DNA of 64,000 nucleotides from an uncultured Candidatus Saccharibacteria bacterium (GTDB lineage: Bacteria > Patescibacteriota > Minisyncoccia > Phycocordibacterales > CAIZLB01): NCBI GenBank assembly GCA_964467385.1, contig CAYXQC010000001.1:71896-135895 (forward strand), read 5' to 3'. The translations under genes and the position numbers were made by a program. Of this stretch, positions 59,401-64,000 are shown in pieces (position 1 is the stretch's first letter; every line of letters begins with the position of its first letter). A model generated the notes under the pieces. That model made no database searches. It was not told where the DNA came from and saw only the letters and a program-made list of their open reading frames with translations.

Positions 59401-60119
59401 TTGGTTCTGCTATACACAAAACACTGGAGCGTGTTTCTATAAAACTTCGACATGATGGCGTGCGTGCAGAAAAAGAAGAGATGCTTAAGTGGTTCGGCGA
59501 GTATCTCGATCATGAGCGTTTGGCTCCACAGGATTTTAAACAGTACAGTGAACGAGGCCGACAGGCTCTGGCTGCTTTTTATGATCAAAAAATAGGGGAG
59601 TTTGAGGTAACTGATATGGTTGAAGTGAATTTTAAGGAGCAGGGAGTGCTTATTGATGATGCAAACTTGGCACATGGCATGAGCGGCGCTCATGTACCAG
59701 CGCATATCACTGGTAAAATCGACCGGATCATTCAAGTTGGTGGTGGGCGAATTGTGGTGTGTGATTTTAAAACAGGCAAACCTAAAAAAGAGTGGGTACC
59801 AAAAAATGAGTACGAAAAAATTAAACTCTATGAATATGAGCGGCAACTTTTGTTTTACAAAATCTTGATTGATAATTCTCGTGATTATAAAAATAAATAC
59901 ACAGTTGAATCCGGCAAATTGATGTTTGTTGAACCGACTGCCGATGGACGAATCGCTGAACTACATCTCGATTTTGATCAAGAAAAACTCGATCGTGTAA
60001 AAAAACTAATCTCAATTGTCTATCAAAAAATTATGAATTTAGATTTTCCTGATACGAGTGCGTATAAAAATGAAAGTCTGGCAGATATTCTGGCTTTCGA
60101 GGATTCACTTTTGGGGTAA
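56466..60119 (+). CDS. UvrD/PcrA-type SF1 helicase fused to C-terminal RecB-family (PD-(D/E)XK) nuclease, AddA-like
   Basis: Walker A VVAGPGSGKTE and helicase motifs through VVGDDDQAVYKFQGA. C-terminus GKIDRIIQVGGGRIVVCDFKTGKP...YERQLLFYKIL is a RecB nuclease motif. Confidence 0.8.
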   Translation: MKTGSKSSQKSAPSSTSAHTTGDASKLQFQTRYKKLNSAQKQAVDTIDGPLLVVAGPGSGKTEILSLRVARILQETQALPSNILCLTFTDSASVNMRDRLSRLIGQEAYRVAIHTFHSFAVDIIQKYPEFFYKGAIFTPVDPVTKIGILQEIFEALPHANPLSASHPEQGFVYLTDISQLIGNLKKAGISEDEFEQILSQNESDAKFVNETLSPIVEKRLSDAVVAELEQARLEILKKDVEQNAAQNAHKTARKNSEQNEENLAQTTGIPSLLKTIALNLEEALIRRAELEKNEPISKWKEKWFKKDDYNQKVFRDILSQEKLRAAAQIYREYRRIMHERCLFDFDDMILDLISAIEHNPRLKYDLQEQYQYILVDEFQDTNSAQMRIVKAVADSPVNEGRPNIMVVGDDDQAVYKFQGAELSNILNFKTIFNDVATVNMTENYRSTQDILDIAMHVIKKGERRLENLVPELRKTLISSNPEIKNGSIFHKVFDTSLHEFHYISRRIKALIESGIKPSEIAVIARKHRQLESLVPFLQGAGVPIKYEREQNVLEQPHIVQLITMARFVYSLVNKNMIEGDEYLPKILAFPFWQLPRMTVWNISRSAYKERKTWLECMLENPDTKAIAEFFIDLGERATHEPLESILDSIIGAHVQLVQESEDEEIGDSDSAENGDVENRDAKNIDAKKIDLTNSSEKFSSPFKSYYFSKKRFQHARAEYLSFLSSLRVFVRALREYKGKSGAREYLYISDLVDFVDIHEKNNIALNDMSPFANATDAVNLLSAHKAKGLEFDTVFVLSCTDEIWSGRALPRKIVLPANLQIEPAGDTEDDQLRLFYVALTRAKRNLYLTSYTSKDDGKESARLRFLTTDTTEMTGSDQKLESDILRKLYDPEKGDEETFASSYTPETHELLTASWTKYYMPPFLGEEESLLKSLLENYQLSVTHLNNYLNVAKERGGPQLFLEQNLLRFPQAKTPSGAFGSAIHKTLERVSIKLRHDGVRAEKEEMLKWFGEYLDHERLAPQDFKQYSERGRQALAAFYDQKIGEFEVTDMVEVNFKEQGVLIDDANLAHGMSGAHVPAHITGKIDRIIQVGGGRIVVCDFKTGKPKKEWVPKNEYEKIKLYEYERQLLFYKILIDNSRDYKNKYTVESGKLMFVEPTADGRIAELHLDFDQEKLDRVKKLISIVYQKIMNLDFPDTSAYKNESLADILAFEDSLLG

Positions 60120-60363
60120 TTAGGGTTTATTTTTCTGCGTGACCTCTTTGTTTTTTTGGCTGTGTATGTTGTTGTATTTACCTTTACAGCGAGTGATTTT
60201 TAACTTTCAAAGACGCTCTAAAATACCTCGCTAAAACACATTTACCATATCCTTGCAGCTAACTTAAAAATCTGTACTATATTTCCAAATAGATCATTTA
60301 CTTAAGAATAGACATATAACACAGAAACTAAAAAAGACAAACAAAATAGAAAGGGTTTGGACA

Positions 60364-62085
60364 ATGAAAGAAGAAACCAGTAATCATGCAGTTGAAAAAC
60401 TACGAAAGATTTTCGTGCTTGGAAAATTCACCAATGGTCACGACGCTGCGATTGAATTCATTAAACGCAATGGTTGGATGATCGATGAATGTGAGATTAT
60501 CTTTTGTGGATCGCACGAACAAGTGCTCAAATGTTTGGTTGGCAATCAGTCCTATGCTGTTTTGCCAATCAAAAATCCAACCGGTGGAGAGGTAAAAGAG
60601 GTCGTCAGTCGGTTGCATGCATTTCGCGAAAAAGGCTACAGGCTCGATGAGATTGATCGGTTTGATCACCAAGTAAAGCATTGCCTCGTCGTTAAGATGA
60701 GTGTTGCAGACATTGGTGTAATCAGAACGGTTAAATCACACGAGCAAGCCTTGAAACAGTGCCACAGATTTCTGTCGGCAGTAGAGATTCAGGAAAATGA
60801 GCGTATCTCAGATGGTATTCATTCTACAGCTGATGCTGCGAGAATTGTTGCTGAAAGCGAAGATTCGACTGTTGCTGCTATTGCCTCAGAGCATGCGGCA
60901 ACAGGCTTCGGACTCAAAATCCTTAAAAAAGATATTGGCCCGGAGGGTAATAAGACAACCTTCATTCTTGTTGAAAATAAGGCAGAGGTTGGTTGTCCGA
61001 AAGTTGGCATTATTGGTATCAAAGGAAAATCAGGAGCGATGCTCGCCGAATTCTATTGCTCCATTGGATGTGTAGTCTTCGGTTCAGATATTCGTGATCC
61101 TGGCGGAATGACCAATGAGGAGGTGGTTTCGCAAGCTGATGTGGTGGTCATTTCAGTGCTACCAATCAATTCAGTGCCGGAGGTTGTCCAAAAATTGCTT
61201 CCGTACATTCGAAGTGATCAGCTTCTGGTAGATATTTCATCTGACAAAAGTGTAGCAATCAATGCGATGCTTGAAAGTAAAGCAGATGTGGTAGGGCTCC
61301 ATTTTATGTTCAGACCTGGAGTGCCAATGATGGGGCAAACAATTGTGTATTGTCCTGTTCGTTTCGGTGATCCGAAATGGCGTTTTTGGGTTTTAAACAC
61401 CTTGACCCTGACCGGTGCGAAAATCGTCGAATCAACGTTTGAGGAGCATGATTTGCATATGCGGCCAATCCAAAAAGGTCCGCACATTCAAACCTTGGTT
61501 TCAGTCTTGCAACTTTTGCATTCACAGCTTCTACCGGAACGGGTGGTGGATTTTACAAGTCCATTCTATCGCTTGGTCTATGCTTTGATGGGAAGGTTTC
61601 TCTATGGTGGAGGAGATGTTTACGCGTCGATTATTGCGAGTGGAAAAGAAACTGCAGCAATGCTTCGTGAGCGAATCAATATTGAGGAGATGCTTATTGG
61701 TCTGATTGAGAATGAGGACGTAACAGGCATGGCCGAGATTATCCACGAAGCAAAAGCACAGTTCGGTGACAAATCAATCACTGATGCTAACGAGCTCTTT
61801 GAAAGATTACTCGAGGTATTCGGTGTTCTATATGGGAAGAGTTCGCTCACTCTAGAATTCGACAAAGTCGACGATGAGCCAGGACTCCTTGTGAGAGTAC
61901 TCTCGGTTTTTAGTCGGCATGAAGTTAATTTGACGAGTGTTCATTCGTTTCCAGCCAATGGCAAATCGATACGATTCGTAATTGCCACTCCGCACGAAAG
62001 GTATTCGTTGCCGATCCAGACAGTACTCGAGGAGATCGACAGTTGGCCTGAGCACAAGCTCAGGGTTGTGGAATCTGTGTGGTAG
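60364..62085 (+). CDS. fused prephenate dehydratase - prephenate dehydrogenase - ACT domain protein
   Basis: The N-terminal about 190 aa match PDT (SHEQALKQC, NKTTFILV is equivalent to NxTRF). The middle has a Rossmann fold GIIGIKGKSG and HFMFRPG (TyrA HPMFGP-like). C-terminus is an ACT fold. Confidence 0.75.
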   Translation: MKEETSNHAVEKLRKIFVLGKFTNGHDAAIEFIKRNGWMIDECEIIFCGSHEQVLKCLVGNQSYAVLPIKNPTGGEVKEVVSRLHAFREKGYRLDEIDRFDHQVKHCLVVKMSVADIGVIRTVKSHEQALKQCHRFLSAVEIQENERISDGIHSTADAARIVAESEDSTVAAIASEHAATGFGLKILKKDIGPEGNKTTFILVENKAEVGCPKVGIIGIKGKSGAMLAEFYCSIGCVVFGSDIRDPGGMTNEEVVSQADVVVISVLPINSVPEVVQKLLPYIRSDQLLVDISSDKSVAINAMLESKADVVGLHFMFRPGVPMMGQTIVYCPVRFGDPKWRFWVLNTLTLTGAKIVESTFEEHDLHMRPIQKGPHIQTLVSVLQLLHSQLLPERVVDFTSPFYRLVYALMGRFLYGGGDVYASIIASGKETAAMLRERINIEEMLIGLIENEDVTGMAEIIHEAKAQFGDKSITDANELFERLLEVFGVLYGKSSLTLEFDKVDDEPGLLVRVLSVFSRHEVNLTSVHSFPANGKSIRFVIATPHERYSLPIQTVLEEIDSWPEHKLRVVESVW

Positions 62086-62143
62086 TTCCGCAGATGATCG
62101 GCGTTAGCCTCCTATGCATGGATGTCTAGCAAACAGCCAAACC

Positions 62144-62180
62144 AAAAGCCCGGCCGGAATCATTTCCAGTCGGGCTTTTT
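62144..62180. terminator. bidirectional terminator (pheA-tyrA fusion / DsbA-like gene)
   Basis: aagcccg/cgggctt stem with a 19-nt loop, flanked by A-runs and T-runs. Confidence 0.6.
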
Positions 62181-62271
62181 AAATTGCTATATTTGGAGCA
62201 AAGTACGCATATAACTTGTTGCACACTTATGCTGAAATTTTCTTAAAAATTATCTAAAGATTGCTTCAAAT

Positions 62272-63009
62272 TTATTTCAAGAAACTATCAACAATTGCTT
62301 TAAGTGAAGTGTAAGGGAGAGCGCCGAGACCTTGACCATTATCATCTACAAGAGGAATCGTTTCAGTCTTTGAACCTTTCTTTACGATAAGGACTGTATA
62401 CGGAGTACCTCGTGCACCAGCCTTAAGTCCAGCATTTTTTGCTTCACTTATTTTAGCAGCATATTTTCCACTATCGAGACATTTTGTGAATGCAGCTTTA
62501 TCAAGACCAGCTTTTGGAGCAAGAGTATAAAGCATTGCAGGATCAAGACTATCATTTGAGGTTGTTGTCTCGTAAATCAAACCGATGTAATCCCAAAATA
62601 CTTTGTTACCACCGAGTTCAGCTGCACATTCAGTTGCTTCAGCTTCTTTTGGAGCTTTTTTGTGGAAATCGAGAGGGAAGTGTCGGTATACCCAAGCTAC
62701 TTTTCCAGATGCACCGTATTCAGCAAAGATTTGCTTGAGAGTGTTATGGAATCGTTTACAGAATGGACACTCGGTATCAGAATAATCAATGATTGTAACT
62801 TGCGCATCTTTGCTTCCAAGAAGATGGTCAGCGGAAGTAATAGGTGCAACTTCAGTCTGTGGAGCGTTTGCGTTCTTTGCGATGTCTGCTACATTTCCAG
62901 CAGTTTTTGTGCCAGCAGGATTCGTATTTGTATAATAAATTGCTAGGGCAATAAGTCCTCCTGCTACAATGATTGCAAATGGAACGGCAAGTTTTTGAAT
63001 AATTTTCAT
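62272..63009 (-). CDS. DsbA-family thiol:disulfide oxidoreductase (second copy, membrane-anchored)
   Basis: N-terminal TM, CPFC active site (YSDTECPFCKRFH), thioredoxin fold. Confidence 0.8.
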   Translation of the reverse strand: MKIIQKLAVPFAIIVAGGLIALAIYYTNTNPAGTKTAGNVADIAKNANAPQTEVAPITSADHLLGSKDAQVTIIDYSDTECPFCKRFHNTLKQIFAEYGASGKVAWVYRHFPLDFHKKAPKEAEATECAAELGGNKVFWDYIGLIYETTTSNDSLDPAMLYTLAPKAGLDKAAFTKCLDSGKYAAKISEAKNAGLKAGARGTPYTVLIVKKGSKTETIPLVDDNGQGLGALPYTSLKAIVDSFLK

Positions 63010-63117
63010 ATAAGTTGCGTGGTGTGGATTTCTTGTAAATCTAAATAAATTCTAATAATTCCGAATATGTCTTTGATTATAGCATAGGCATATGAGCCTT
63101 GGAGTGACTAAAACATC

Positions 63118-63705
63118 TTAAAAAGGCAGTGTAAAAGTCATCTTTGAAGCTTCGTCTACTTCATCCCAGCCAGCGGTATCGATATTGAATTCAACAATTT
63201 GCTGGCCATTTTTATAATCTTTAAACTTGAGCTTTTTATTTTCAAGAGCGTAGTCGTGAATGGCTTTTGTTACTTTTACATCATCGATACAATACTTGAT
63301 GATTTTTTCGATTTCACCTTTTTTCCACCATTCGACAGCTTCAAGACCGTTTCCGCTTTTACCCATACCCAAAGTTCCTTCAGCAATCACACCAAGACCA
63401 ACACGATAGCCGAGCGATTTTCGCACTTCTTTCAAAAGATCAAGACTCTTTTTCTGCATCAAATCCCCAGAATAGTATTTATTGAGAAGTGGAATATCAA
63501 AATGATCGCCATTAAAAGTCACAAGCATGTCCGCTTTTTCAACAATTGGCCAGAGTTTCGGTAAATCTTCTTGTAAGAAACTTTCATACTGTTCAGTAAA
63601 TGGATTGTAAATACATACTACTGAAATATCGAGAAGAGCAGGATCGGCACCTCCAACATCTTGAAAAAGATTTCGTGTTTCGATGTCAAAAAAAAGTTTC
63701 TTCAT
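63118..63705 (-). CDS. RNase H-like 3'-5' exonuclease (DEDD/PolB-exo-like, YprB/COG3359-type)
   Basis: FFDIET (Exo I), FNGDHFDIPLL (Exo II), HDYAL (Exo III-like). Confidence 0.6.
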   Translation of the reverse strand: MKKLFFDIETRNLFQDVGGADPALLDISVVCIYNPFTEQYESFLQEDLPKLWPIVEKADMLVTFNGDHFDIPLLNKYYSGDLMQKKSLDLLKEVRKSLGYRVGLGVIAEGTLGMGKSGNGLEAVEWWKKGEIEKIIKYCIDDVKVTKAIHDYALENKKLKFKDYKNGQQIVEFNIDTAGWDEVDEASKMTFTLPF

Positions 63706-63806
63706 GTTTTCTGTTAATTTAATTTATCTAATTGCGTTTTAATTGCGTGGATTTCCTTCGCAAACTTACTTTGCGATTTAAGTCTCTATTTTACCTATTC
63801 TACTTT

Positions 63807-64000
63807 CTATTTCAAATCTTTGATTGTGTATGACTTCGACTCTGCTTCATTTTCACCAATAACAATTACAGAAGAGATTGATTGCTTTTCAGCACTTTTG
63901 ATCTGATCTGGGATGGATTTTTTAGAATAATTTACAGAGACTTTCTTACCTTCATTTCGGAGTTTTTCCGCAACTTCATCGGCATACTGTGCTACTTGGC
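63807..64000 (-). CDS. C-terminal part of a class II aminoacyl-tRNA synthetase (anticodon-binding domain; His/Pro/Gly-RS type); 5' end is off-window
   Basis: Translation ...VSVNYSKKSIPDQIKSAEKQSISSVIVIGENEAESKSYTIKDLK* matches the class IIa C-terminal anticodon-binding fold. The ORF runs to the window end. Confidence 0.5.
   Translation of the reverse strand, partial: QVAQYADEVAEKLRNEGKKVSVNYSKKSIPDQIKSAEKQSISSVIVIGENEAESKSYTIKDLK

Noticed and set aside
1-64000. CRISPR arrays, transposases, integrases, prophage genes
   Set aside because: No spaced direct repeats of CRISPR type, no DDE, serine or tyrosine recombinase-like ORFs, and no phage structural genes were seen. The only mobile-element-like trace is the duplicated tRNA-Phe 3' end.

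Overview
This 64-kb window is low-GC (about 38-40%) bacterial chromosome. It has the character of a reduced-genome, surface-protein-rich organism, possibly a CPR/Patescibacteria-like episymbiont; that assignment is an inference, not a fact. The core is informational genes: trmD, rpoB, rpoC, dnaG, rpoD, dnaE, rnhB, thrS, typA, lepA, and tRNA-Arg(CCT) and tRNA-Phe(GAA). An RNase P RNA sits in an ORF-free gap on the minus strand.

Much of the window encodes envelope and secreted functions:
- an O-antigen-ligase-like protein and murJ;
- mscL;
- two DsbA-like proteins and a DsbB/BdbC;
- a MacAB-like HlyD/FtsX/ABC exporter;
- an MIP channel;
- a 1388-aa BNR/Ig-like/PG-binding surface protein;
- a 662-aa cysteine-rich secreted protein co-transcribed with a TPR protein;
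- a coiled-coil surface protein that is 5'-truncated by the window edge.

The observations that most deserve a second look are:
- two short high-GC islets (57% and about 50% GC against about 38% background), each encoding a secreted or lipoprotein ORF of unknown function;
- the expanded rnpB candidate placed directly upstream of the TPR / Cys-rich operon;
- a tandem duplication of the tRNA-Phe 3' end plus terminator module, which looks att-like;
- a DinJ/RelE toxin-antitoxin pair convergent on dnaE;
- an MIP channel that lacks the ar/R arginine;
- a PheA-TyrA-ACT fusion;
- a lone AddA-like helicase-nuclease;
- several structured or palindromic non-coding elements around the RNAP-sigma gene cluster.

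Native genes mostly lack a Shine-Dalgarno sequence, but the high-GC lipoprotein gene has a strong one. TGA is used as a stop at murJ, so the standard code applies. No CRISPR array, transposase or integrase was found.
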